A DNA stretch of 64,000 nt. Origin: Tubiluchus corallicola. Taxonomy: Eukaryota > Animalia > Priapulida. Positions within the stretch are counted from its first letter, which is position 1; each line of letters begins with the position of its first letter. Below, piece by piece: positions 48,641 through 61,745 of this stretch. The translations under genes were made by a program, and so were the position numbers. The DNA lies in contig JAQGDQ010000126.1 of NCBI GenBank assembly GCA_030141605.1, positions 310,001-374,000 on the forward strand. Reading direction: 5' to 3'. The notes under the pieces were generated by a model that was not told the DNA's origin, made no database searches, and worked only from the letters and a program-made list of their open reading frames with translations.

Positions 48641-51600
48641 ATTACACTGCATATTATAGGAATTTTCAAAGCTGAGAATATCGACGACGACCACACAAAT
48701 AAGTTTGTGTACTATTTCTTGAAAAATAAGATTATTTTCTCTAATTCTCTAATTATTCGCGAGCAGACTCATGCAAGCCACTATAACGTATCTTTGCACA
48801 AAGTCACAAAAATTAACAATATCGGAAGAGCATTGAATACGTTTGAAAGAATATGCAGAGAGAAAGAGAGAGAAAGAGAGTGAGTGAGTGACAGAATTAA
48901 AGGACTACAGAAAATTGCAGCTTGACCGAAATGAGCCTGCGAGTGTAATTTTAAAAGGCCGTAGCTCAGCTCACAGAGCCGCTAGATTGTTGCCCGGATT
49001 AATAACATGTACCAGTGTAAATAATTCATTCGTAAACAATATCGCGGCAAGATGGTTCTGAAGATTTATTTAGAAATAATAGGATGATTATCCCGTAGCA
49101 GTGAACCCGTAAAATTAGAAATATTGTGTCTTTTTGTACTGCAACGTTAACGTTAACTGAAATTTTTTAAATGTTTTACTTGTTGACATTTTCATTCGAG
49201 CAAAATGTCAAAACACCATACTGCGCTGGCACTGTCGTATAGTAACCGTCAAAAGTAAACTGAGTTCTTGCTGTTTGACCAAGTTTCCATCTCTTGCTGA
49301 ATAACTTTGCGTGCATATATCATCGCAAAAATGTGAACCAAGAAAGTGTTTTCCTCAGCTTTTCCATAATCACACAATTTGTCCTTTATTTCTCAAAAGT
49401 CTTCGCCCTCGTTGGGCGTCCTGTTTGTTGTAAAACTAAAGCAAATCAAAAGTTAAAATGTAGAATTACCCTACGTAGAACAATATGCTTGGTATAATTG
49501 TGGAAATAAGAAAAAATTAAATACCCTAACATAATTACAAAATTACGTTAAAATAGAAGAAAATAATTGAAACAACAATTCGTCCACTCAGCCAATTAAG
49601 GCAAAAATTAAGAAGAAAAATCTAATAGCTAATCAGTCTATTATACACTGATGAAATGTATAATAAAACACACTAAATTTGGCAAATCTCACAAAAATGG
49701 TGTATATATATCGAAAAAAATGGTATTTGATGCCAAACAGCTTTAAAGGGAGAGAGAGAGCCCGTTCTTGTCGTGCACGGTAAACACTACTTTTAGGTAT
49801 AATTTATTGCAGTAAGAAAAGTTGCATTACGCTTAAGCCTTAGTTTGTATTGATTCAATTTGCTCTTACCTGTGACTTGTATTAATTGTGCTGTGAAAAT
49901 AAACTAGCCAAAGAATAATCATTAGACAAACAGTAATGAATTGTATAAAATGTGGCCACACTACTAATACAGTTTACTAACAAAAAGTCCAAATTTAACT
50001 ACTGCACTTTAAATCAGATTCAAATTAAATTAAATTTCAAATCATAACAAAAATAGTCACATAATCCACAGCACTTTAAATCAGTAATTTCACATAATTA
50101 TAGGCCTATATCTTTAACAAAAAAGGACCACCTGTTGTGGTACCTACTGATAGGTGGTCACCGATGAGTGGTGACGCTTCTTTTTTATAGGCAAGGTTAA
50201 CCAAACGCATGGTTACACATGCATGAAGCATACCATCTAAATAATATCGTAAGGCCGCCAATGAAGCCAGGCTTGATTTATATTTTATATTAGGAAAATT
50301 GCAAGAACTTTTGATCTGGGAACTATAGAGTTACGTTTTTGTAGATAACGACACTCGTTAGCTTAATGATCACTTATTTCCACTATCACCTGTACAGGAT
50401 TTTTCGGCCCTAGCTGCAAAACAATAAAGTCGTATGTCGTCATTTGTAAGCGCTACAAATTTCCACTTTATCTGTCAAAACCATAAGCTATGGATACCAA
50501 GGTAAACAATGTGACTAGGTTACATTGTGACTAGGAAGAGTGACACTGATTAATGGGGGTGGGGGTGGGTGCAGGTGGTGACCCGAGAAATTGTACAAAA
50601 AATACAGACTCCTAGAAGTGTGTTTCTATAAAGGTAAACTTTAGGTTTCAGACCCACCCTACCCAGCATTTGTTTGCGACACTATACCAGGTGAGAGGTT
50701 TAAGATCCTCCAGCTTTCACTAAAAGCTCGAGCCTGGGAGAAAGCGAATGTGTGAGTCATTGAATTCAATACGTAAGAGTAGAGCGTAACATCTTTGGCA
50801 TCCGTATTAAAATCATTTAAAAAGTTGTATGTAATTTTAGACCTTAAAAGCATGTGGATGTGCACTGTAAGAAAGAAACATTCTTATAGGAAAGGCATCA
50901 AGATAAGTTACATTTTTAAATTTACTTCAATCCATATGTAACAGTAAGAAGCCAGTATTATAAATTCAAGTCGAATCAAGCGCGATTAAACCGATTTCAG
51001 GTAACTAGTGTCACCTAGTAGTGGGTCCTGCAAATTCAAATAGCTCAACTGCTGCGAACTATAGTTGCGTTTTGTCTGCAGGTTTGAAAAGTGAAGAAGA
51101 AAAGTGTCTTGATGCTTGAGACTTTTTGTGGCCGAAGGTACCACTTGTGGTCGTGAATGTATTGCGCTTTTGCGCTCTTTTTCTTATCCAGACACAAAAT
51201 GATTGTAGCTGTACCGTAGTACTATCGCGAAACTTATTCGTTTTATCCTGCAGTAACTATAGCTCCAGCGCGGACACATCAAAATTTCCACTTGAAAGAA
51301 ATTGTGTAAATTATTAGTTTTACTTAGTTGTTTCTCTCTAAAAGTAAAAATTGATAAAATGGCTATAAGGAAGAATGGTAGCAACTGGACTCTATAAACT
51401 TTCAACTTTGCAAAGTTTAACTTTTAACCACCAAGAAATAAATATTTGACTAAAAACGCCGTCAGTTGAATAAAGTTCAAACAAATTCATCTCAGCAGTA
51501 ATAATCCCATCAAATAAATCCCATAAATAAAATTATTCGTCAAAATCGTTTCACTGTGTCACAAAAATCGGCACATTTCAATCACATTATTGCAAAAAGT

Positions 51601-52934
51601 TACATACTTTTACATACCAAAAACATGTTCCCGCTGTCGTACCTGATATTGTTATTTGATTCAACTTTAAACTATTTTTGCGTTTATTGCTACCTGTGTC
51701 GAAGCAGTTTACACATAAACTGAATTAGTGGTGAAAAAATGGACTCTACATTTACAATGAATTGTAGACGATGTGGAAAAATTTTTGGTTACTATAGTTC
51801 TGCTTAGTTTTCTTTCCACTCAAGCAGACACAGGTCTTAACTCTTAACTACACCACAAACAAAGGAAAATTTGCAAAGCTATAAACACTCGGAAGGCTGG
51901 TGAACACGGCGGTGACTCGAATGTTTCATGAGCACTCCACATAGAATTTCACTGTAGAGAGAAAGTATGGCATCATTATTAGCTATAAAAAGAAACTCGC
52001 ACGACTCCATGTCGTTCAGCACAGACGTTCTTATTCAATTACTCATATAATATTCCGTTTTTGCATGGCATTCGATTTACGGTTTAAAGCAGGGTATGGC
52101 ACAGTTTAAAAAAACTGCGAAAACAGACAAAATGCAGAGCGTACACTGCATTGTGTCCATTTGTAGCCCCCTCTGATACGTTTTATACATCACACAGGTA
52201 AGTTGTGTTTTACCTGTGTGAAACAGTCGGCTTGTGTTAGCCTTAGATCGGATCACCGTACTAAGTTATATGTAAGAAAAATAATCTATGCTTTCGTAAT
52301 AAGACAACTATGATCACTATGGTTCCGCGTAAAAAGGGATTATAATTAACAATACCCAAAATGTATGGTGCTTATAGTGCTTGGATATTATTTTTTGTTC
52401 TTAAGCTGATATAGTTAATTTACATAACACAAAGCTATCTTATAACTGAAAGTTACAGGCAGAATGTAATGGGTGACATAATAACATGATCTTTTTTGAG
52501 TACTTATGCAAAATTCAGTTAGGTTCCTCAAGAAAAGTGGGTTGTGCCTCCCGCGAAATCTAAACAGGTCTACTACTCTTACCGGATGAACTACCTAACC
52601 GTTACCTGTCTGACCTCTGTTGCGTTTTATTGTCTTAATATAAAGAAGGATAAATTTTTCGAGAAGACGAGCGAAAAACGCAAATTCATTGTATTTGATT
52701 TGACACATTTTACGAAATAATTATTGCATCGCCATCATTATTTTCATGAGCGTCGTCACTACTAGCATCGTTAATGTACTTACCATCATCATCGTCGTCA
52801 TCATCATCGTCATCATCATCATCACCATCATCATCGGAAAACATCTTAACACTATTTTTCAGTTTCAGTATTAAAGCCGAATCCAACCTTAAACTGTAGG
52901 TCAAAACAATCTACTCTTTAAAATATTGAAAGGA

Positions 52935-53480
52935 AACATATTATTTTTTAAAGAGTGACTTATATTTATGTGAAATAATTATTACAACGCAAACGTAGTT
53001 TCGCGTTCACGCCACTAGTTCCTCGATGTTACATACATTATGCCATTCTCTAGTTAGACGGGCACTAACGCCTGCATTTCGAAAACGTGTTGCACAAAAA
53101 CAGGTGTTCTACCTCTCAGTTCAGATGTGTTCGTTTGCGCCGTACTGCATAAGTTCGATAGCTTATACGTGAGCACAGCGGCAAATTTGAAATTGAGTTT
53201 TTATCTTAAAACTTGCCGAGTTTTAGTGTAAGACACCGAATCTCTTACAGTAGAACAGTACTTCAATCTTCGCTTTAACAAACACGTGCAATACGCCCGT
53301 GGAATATTTTTGCTGTTGCAAATTATGGTCGTTTGTGATGTCATCAATAGACATTTCAATCCATTATTTAACTATCCGGACCACTTTTCAAGTATTACGG
53401 GTGTTAAAATGTATACTTCTTACCCTGCATGAAAATAGAATAGTATATGAAAAATCACCCTGTCTTCCTTTAACATCTTA
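52935..53480. repeat. Dispersed repeat C, copy 1 (copy 2 at ~61120-61745)
   Basis: Shared tttcgcgttcacgc..ctagtt, ctgcatttcg, caccgaatctcttaca, gtgttaaaatgtatactt, cctttaacatc. Confidence 0.85.
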
Positions 53481-53899
53481 GGCAACGTATGTCACGTACT
53501 TCGCATTGTCTCGTTGCTAGCCTCAGTATGTAATTAGTCTTGTTATGCTGCGTGACTGAATCTAACAGAAATTCAATAGCTCGCCATTTTCGAAGTAGAG
53601 AGGCGTTTCGAGAAGAACAGCTTGATCTTTTGGTAGCTGTTCTTTTGTTTCAGGTTATCCAGCTGTTCCTCTGTTAACGGGAGTACACGTGTCAGCCACC
53701 CTTCAGCTAGACGCTGGGTGATGTCAAAACTCTCCCTCGCAATCTTGAAATCGAGTCTTGTACAACAGAAAAAGTGGCTATACATTATAGTTTAATATCT
53801 TAAGCAAACAGCAAATAATAATGAGATTACTCTTAGATTTGAAAAGTTTCTAACACTTGAGAGCAAATTTTCAATGCATGGTTGCTGTCCATAGTAGTA

Positions 53900-55030
53900 G
53901 TGCAGAAAAGTTCACACTAGCGTATTTTCTTCTAATTTCACTAGTCAAGTTACAGTTCGTTAATACATGTTTCTCTCCGCACGAGCATAGTCTTTTGTTT
54001 CTATCTTCACCATCCTAACTGGTCACAATTTTTAAGAAATGTGCTTGCAGCCTTAGCCGAGAGAAATCTATGCAATATTTTTCTATAGTATTCTCTGGTA
54101 TGTTTGGGATTTTCAAGTCCGGGTTATATTCCTTATAAACTATGCGGTTGGTAGAACTAGGGCTGAAAATTTTCTCCTTTAGTAAGTTGTATTGCTGTAC
54201 ACAGTACACTTTCTCATTGACTTCTTGTAAGTTGTATTGCTGTGCACAGTACACTTTTTCATTGACCTCTGGTAAGTTGTATTGCTGTGCACAGTACACT
54301 TTTTCATTGACCTCTGGTAAGTTGTATTGCTGTGCACAGTACACTTTCTCATTGACTTCTGGTAAATTTCTTAAACATTTTACTAAGTCACTATTACACT
54401 GACTCGCTACTTCGTATGCTTCGAATAATGTCTGATGCTTCGCAGGAGAGTCAGGATGCTTCTCAGGATGTTTCTCTTCCTACACAGACGCATTTGCCTA
54501 CATTTGGCCCATGTAGAGAAAGTTAGATAGCCAGTTTCCAACAGCACTAGATCATTGCATGTTGCCTGTTTTACAGATTTGATAAGTTTGACATTAGGCA
54601 TAAGGCTTTTCAAATCAATATTCCATGCTTCGGCACTATAAAAGACACCTGCTAATAATGCGCTGTCCAAAACCTTTTTCTTTATCCAGTACGGATAGTC
54701 ATTGTTCTTACTGATAAATGCGTGTAATTTTAATGTCGGAATTTTTATTCTCAAGATGTTTTGCAATAACTGTGCTCATCTTTGCATTTTCCTTTGTCAT
54801 AGCATCACGATATGTATATGTATTAGTGTGTTTTATCACAACATTGTCGACAGTTAGTGGTAATCTGTCTTGGTCACCACCACCTATAACCATGCTCATG
54901 CAACAGTTTTTGCAGAATTGTAATAACGTCTGCATCTTTTCGATATCTTTTCTTTCCGTTGATGCCACAATGGCCGTATCATCCATCACAATACATCCCA
55001 GTACGCTTTTCGCCAGTCTATACATTTGAG
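53900..55030 (-). mobile_element. Degenerate non-LTR retrotransposon ORF2 remnant
   Basis: MDDTAIVAST (DD motif), KKKVLDSALLAGVFYSAEAW, FSRLRLQAHFLKIVT. Confidence 0.78.
54182..54366. repeat. 42-bp minisatellite, ~4.3 copies, inside LINE remnant
   Basis: gtaagttgtattgctgtgcacagtacactttttcattgacctctg repeated. Confidence 0.95.
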
Positions 55031-55298
55031 CGATAGCGTTAGTATTACGTATCTCGTAGCATTACATATTTACATTAATATTTATATATACAACAGTGCT
55101 AATTTGTTACTTTTGAAACCTTACGTCGTTGACGTCAACGTTCGAAATAATCTGAAATGAAAAAAGAGAAAATCTAAAGCCTATTTAAATAATTTTTTAT
55201 ACGATTTAGAAAGAAATATGCATGATGATACTTTTAACTCATTTGAAACTAGTTAGGGTTTCATTAATTTAAACTGCAAATAAAGCCAAAATTAATTG

Positions 55299-56405
55299 AC
55301 ATGGCTTTTATTCAGACACAACATTTGCAACGTTTCGACATACCCTATGCATATCATTTTATTCATACTTGTGGTACAATCACGTCAAGCAAACAAACAG
55401 ATCAACAAGTAGAATAACAGAATAACATTAATTAACAAGATTAGTAAGCAATGTGAATATATATACAATTAAGAGAGAGAGTAAGATGTGTTAGTATGGC
55501 ATACAATTCATTCCATGTCGAAACAATTACGTTGTAGAGCCCATATAACTTCTTCAATGAAATTTACTGTATTTGTATTTGTAGTTGTTCTTTACTAGCA
55601 TTACTTCTTACATCTAACGTACAGGAAAAAACTTCAGAACGAAAATTTTCATTTGCGTGAAAAGTTTTATACTCGTTACAAATAGATAACAAATTACAAC
55701 CATTATAGAAGAGGCATGAAATCGAGAACTATGTGCAAGGCAATTGGCTATTTGATTTTCATTATATAAGCAACTGTGGTAAAATTTAACAAATCGTTTT
55801 TGAAATTTGTTAAAGTGGAGGAAACAATATCATATCTAAAAGGAAGACAGTATCTGTGTGATCTAAACGGCAAATTCCTATGTCCTGATCACACGACAAC
55901 CCACCTAAATAAAAGATAAAAAAGAATAAAATTACAGTGAAAAAGATACAAAAATCAACATTATGACAAGCAAACAAGACAAATACTAAATTATAAACTT
56001 ATATATCGTGAGGTACAAATGAAAAAATATAAAGTTATGTTACTCCAGCACAATTCATTCTTTGATCAATGCGTGTGGGGCTTCACATCAAAAATCACGA
56101 ACAACATTGTAAACGGCAGAGAAGAAAGTTGATCAGAGCTTAGTGATCAACTTCCTTCTCTGCCCCTCGAATTATTTTTTGAGGTACACGTATTTATTTT
56201 TTTCTTTATAACTTTACGTTTTCTGTCATTTGGCCTTGCACCACACGATATGTAAGTTTGCAATTTTGTATTTGTCTTCTTTGCTTGTCATAATGTTGAT
56301 TTTTGAATCTTTTACACTGTACTTTTATTTAGGTGGGTTGTTGCGTGATTATGACATAGAGTATGTCGAAAAGTTGCAAATGTTGTGATTGAATAAAAGC
56401 CATGT
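55299..56405. mobile_element. Fold-back/MITE with long inverted arms; left arm interrupted
   Basis: 55299-55349 pairs with 56355-56405, 55878-56039 pairs with 56208-56359, and there is an inner hairpin at 56116-56163. Confidence 0.8.
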
Positions 56406-58611
56406 TTTTGCTTAAGTGTGTATCAGTAATCATTTTCATAGTGAGAATTCGTTTTCCTCATCACAAATAAGATTAAAAAAGAAGTTAATTTAATAATAAG
56501 CCATACCTAACAAAATTTTTATTTTATCACAGCAACATAATTTTGACTTATATAACATCATTTCACATATTACATTTACACATATTACATTTCACAAAAT
56601 AACAAAATACGTAAGCAAAAAGCTGTAGATTATGAACCTGACAAGTGCCAAATAGTCCTCGCGTACAGAACCGCTTAGCTTATATACGACCGGACAAACT
56701 TCAATCTGAACATAAAATTAGTAATTCAAATGAACGGAAATTCAACGATTTGCATGTCAACATTAACTTCTTATGATGAATTTTGCATGTAAGAAACGGA
56801 CAAGTCTACGTACAAAAAAACGGGAGTATAAATCAAACCTTACATAAACTTTATGAAGAAGAAGCGGCCAATGCATACGAAGTCAGGTGATCAGGCCAGC
56901 ATAAAGTCATGTAAAGAAACCACGTGGTAACCACAGATTGACCTGCATGAATTATTATTACAGAAAACACTAAGCAAATAAGTCTATTAAATGCATTTTT
57001 AAGTAAAAGAAAAAGATTTAGAATGAGTAAAACTGTATTGTTAATCAAAAAATATAAAAAATAAAAAAAAATTAGAAAAAGCTAGAATTCAATTCACGAT
57101 ATATGTGCCTTGACACCGGTTTCGTAACAGTACATAAATAAAAAATCCCACAGAATTTGTTTTTTATTGATTGTAACTATTCTTTGAGTTAATCTATAAA
57201 TTTGCATTATGTGTCCTCTCTGTTTCTCATTGTAGAATTTCTCATGTCAGTGGATTGACCTTTTAATAATATTAAAAATTTGTTCAATGTATTTTCTGCC
57301 ATACCAAATGGCAATAATAATTTTGTCTTTATAATGAGTAGTCAAGATGTCGAATTATGCAAGATTTTTGCAGCTTTTCGAACTAGTAACCAGTTATTGT
57401 CTTAATTAAAATCTAGATACAATTGTGGAAAGAATTATCAATACCGCTTTATGTAACACTGTTGTTATAACTATTTTTAACATTTGAATGAATGAATTGT
57501 TATTTTTTGTACGCTCGTGCCACAATATTCCTTTGTAAGGCGATTTTGTCTCTGTTAAACGTTTCTTTCAATGTTAATTAAATCTGTTTTGTTTATTTGT
57601 TTGTAATGCAATGTACTGTGGTTCAATAAGCAAACACACATATCATTAGTAATTTCAGTTTAGAAATTTAGATGGGGTGATTACAATTAGAAATTATTTT
57701 GAAAAGAGAGAAACAACTTTAGTGTGTTTTGTGTCTATAAACCTTCCCGACAGGTCAAAAGCTAAAAACTTCTAACAACGTTGTGGAAAAGTGATGGCAG
57801 GATTAAATGAAAGAAAACCATTTGTGTTTGGGGATTTCAACCTGGCCGTGATGTCTTGTGATAGCCGCTGCCCTATTGCTGATTTCATAGCTGCGAAATT
57901 TATTGTTCTCAGCCTGTGTAAGCGTATATCCATTTATTAACAAACCCGATTACTGCATATAATGCAACATTAAAATAAATAGTTATTACACAAATAATGC
58001 TCAGCTGAAAACTACGTACTACCTCTTCCAAACAGTCACAAAGATAGAATGATATTTATGATATGTCATTAAAATATTCCATAGAAATGAAAATTAATTC
58101 TTTTATAAATTTCGACATATTGCTATTGCAAATCTATTTTAGTCATTTAATAGTGATATCTGATTCGTGAAAGATCATTTTACAGTCTATTTCGCCTCTT
58201 TAATCGACTCTTACTGTTGTTGGAATACCGTGGGGGCAAACATGTCTATAAAACTTTACGTAAATTTAAAGAGATAATATAATCCTTATATAAAATTATA
58301 TAAAGTTATTTATCATGCAATATTAATTGTCAATTGCCGTACGAATAATTAAATTTTATATTAACGAGTGCGTGATGCCACAGATAATAAAACTGTTTAT
58401 TACACGTCTAGTTATTGAGCTCTGCCATTCCACACCTTTCTAATAAGTGGCAGCAGCTAACCTGCTTCAGCCAGATTCAACTGGTCATGCGCACTGGCTA
58501 CTCAGCAACACTCAGAGGTACAAGTTTCATTATTGTCTTGGCTTCTATCACCGTTAACAGCAACCAAGAGTAATTGTGTCCAAATGTGTTGTTAAAACAA
58601 AACTGAACACA

Positions 58612-58927
58612 ATGGATAATTGTACATACGTATATGACGGAAATCAAAGCGAAAACTGCATAACTAACAGCACTAGTCCCATGACAGAGATACCTTCTTA
58701 TATACCTATATGTACTACATTGTTTTACGCGCTAATTTTTGTAATTGGAATAGTTGGCAATGTGCTGGTGATATTCGTTGTTTGCGTCAATAAAGAGATG
58801 AAAAACTCCACAAATTTCTTTCTGGTGAACTTGAGCATCGCTGATTTACTGGTTATACTAGTTTGTGTTCCTTCTGCGTTGGTGGATGTTTACTCCAAAG
58901 AAGTGTGGTACTTGGGAAAAGCCATGT
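58612..58927 (+). CDS. Peptide GPCR (ETH/TRH/ghrelin receptor-like), first coding exon (N-terminus to start of TM3)
   Basis: MDNCT... with several N-glycosylation sequons; TM1 YALIFVIGIVGNVLVIFVV, MKNSTNFFLVNLSIADLLVILVCVPSALVDV, EVWYLGKAM(C); phase-1 donor atgt|gtacgt. Downstream exons were not identified in the window. Confidence 0.88.
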
Positions 58928-61119
58928 GTACGTATGATGATGTTTACTTTTATAATTATTGTTATTGTAGCAATTTGCTACAGGTGTCCCAATGTTCATT
59001 TTTTGTCGCCATGTTTTGTATCGTCATTTTAGCACTGCTTTTCTATTAACACACTTGTAATCTATTATCAATAAGTTATAACAGCACATATTATTTAGCA
59101 ATGTACAACCACAACGTTAAATTTGTGGGTATTAGTAATGGAGCGTCCAAATAATTAATAAATTTAGTAAGCACTATATGTGTATTTCTGAACTCTTGTT
59201 ATGATTAAGATATTGAATTTTCTTTTTTTATTATTCCATTATTGCTAATACTTTATTTTTCTCGACAGTTATAACTTTCTTCAAGAAAATTTCTTTATCA
59301 GTTCTGAGGAGAATTACAACTAAACTGTCAGCTGCAAATGACAAGTTATAAACGTTATTACGTTAAACCTGTACGAGGATTACTGGCATCTGGGTGATAC
59401 AAAGCATGTTTACGACAAAGATCATTATTCTGTTCTGAATATTGCTGATAATAACAATGATAGGCACGGGCAACATTGATTAACAAAGTTGACAATAACA
59501 ACACCGATAAGGACGATGGTGTTAAAAGCGGCCCTGGTACAATCGAAGTAATAATAATAAAACTGTAGAATGTGTAGCACAAACTGAGTAGAATGTGCCA
59601 ATCCTTCATCGGGCATCCTTCAAAACTCCAACCTAAGCCTTGAGCAAACATTTTAAATTTGTATACCAACGGGCATAGCAGCACCGAATGTCACCTTTTT
59701 TAACGATGAATTATTCAATGATTTTTTGGCAGGTTGCGCGATGTTTTTATGAAACTTCGTTTAGGTGTATATGTAAGCGAATATGAGTCACACGTCGTAT
59801 AGATAGGAACGTCGTATAGAAAACGCACCGTATAAATAGGTCTTAAGAATCTAAGGTACATGACAGCGTCTTGAGAACATTTTGAAAATGAACACAAACT
59901 GCGGAATACTGATGTAATCCTGTATTTGCAAGCAGGAAATAAACTTCAGATGTTCTCAGTACACCCGGATATGTTTAGACATTTGTGCGTTTATTTAACA
60001 TTGCAGTTCAGCGTTTATTAACAGTACGGATTAATGTTTAATTATACAGCATACGGTTTGTGTTTACATTTCTTATATGCGATTAATTAATTAATAGCTT
60101 TACTTAAAAGGAAATGGTTTATAAAATAATTGCGTTCAATTCTATTACTCAAACATTAATAAACATTCTACTGTATACAATCATACTCAATCACCAGACG
60201 TTCATTTACATAATCAGGAATTGAAACTTCAACTGCATGGGTTGATGGGCATAATAATCAAATGCCAATGGGTTGAAAGGTCGTTAAAGAAATTAATGAT
60301 CCATGGGCGAGAAAACATCAAACCTCATGTGCTGATATGACAAATTTCTTAAGAAAGATGATTGTACTGTACAGCATTTTAAAAATGCGTTAAGTATCGA
60401 GCTGACGATGTAATCATCATTACAACGTTGTTGAAATTTTCAAGCGGTAAATTATTGCTAGAATTTCGAGGCTTTTTTTGCTTTGGTCTTTGTCTGTTAA
60501 TTATAATAAAAGCGTTGGGTACATGAACAATCCATTTACTTTAGCAACTTAAACTGCAGCTATTCAATCAATTAGTAACAGTCGTGTATAGGAATGGCAT
60601 GTACAGCACATGCTAAAATGATTTAGTGCAATATTTAAGACGGTTGAAAATGGAGTCTTTTTGAGGTATAAATTTCCTTAAGCAGAGAGGATTAGTGATT
60701 ATTGTTGCTTCAAATGGACGGTCATGATCATAAGTGACTTAAAAAGCCTGCATTTTTCATAGCTTTTGATCATGGTATGTGACTAAAACATAAGCTGGGC
60801 AAACGAAATGCATGAATCTTGGTTTGCATTTTCAAATGTTGAACAACACATGATTTTGTTCTCGTTGTCTTATGCACATTACCATGTAGCTAAGTACTTT
60901 TTTGTGCATATGGGTTACCAAATTGCCAAAAAGTCAACAAGCAATTAGGTTAATGCACACAATAAAAACAGTATTAGAAAACTCTAACAATTTGTGTAGG
61001 ATACAAAATACCGGACTTGTTTTCTTTCCATATAGGTATGCTTCCCTTTCTTAAAGGAAAACCGGACCAGTCTTAAACTATAGCTCAAAACAATGTACTC
61101 TATAAAACATTGGAGGGGA

Positions 61120-61745
61120 ACATACTATTTCTTAAAGAATGATTTACGTGAAAGAATTATTACCATACAAACGCAATTTCGCGTTCACGCGGCTAGTTTC
61201 TTCGCTGTTACGTGCATTTCGCGCCAAACATACATACATACACATAATCTTTATTTAAAGTCGGGTACACAGCGGAAGAACATCTAGCCATTCATTAGCT
61301 AGATGGATACTGGCGGCTGCATTTCGGAAATGCGTTTACAAGAAACAGGTACTGTCCCTCTCAGTTCTCAGGTGTTCGTTTGTGACATAGTTCACATATT
61401 TAAGTGCTCGTGTGTTAGTACAGAGGTAAATTTGAAATTTGAATTTTTATCTTAAAATTTTCCAGGTTTTAGTATATCACACCGAATCTCTTACAATAGC
61501 GCTGTACTTCAATTTCGCTTTCGCAAACACGTGCAACACTCTCATGGAATGTTTGTTTTGTGCTGTTGAAAATTATGTTCATTTGTCATCAGTATTTGGG
61601 CTCGCCCGCCTTTACTTGAGTTTTAAATCTAATATTCAATTATCAGAAACGCTTTTGCAGTATTACTGGTGTTAAAATGTATACTTTTTGCCGTACTTCA
61701 AAATGGGGTAGGATATAAAAATGATCCTGTTTTCCTTTAACATCA
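61120..61745. repeat. Dispersed repeat C, copy 2
   Basis: Matches 52935-53480. Confidence 0.85.

Noticed and set aside
53573-53785. Protein-like 70-aa minus-strand ORF
   Set aside because: No family recognised and no clear splice context; adjacent to a LINE remnant.
54182-54366. CRISPR-like periodic repeat
   Set aside because: Head-to-tail 42-bp units with no unique spacers, in a eukaryotic context without cas genes.
58928-59049. ORF continuation after KAMC
   Set aside because: Loses GPCR TM3 similarity (no DRY/ERY); intronic after the gtacgt donor.
61036-61076. Candidate exon 2 of the peptide GPCR (tttccatatag|gt atg ctt ccc ttt)
   Set aside because: Gives CMLPFLKGKPDQS then a stop, with no TM3 or ERY motif; the true exon is probably beyond the window.
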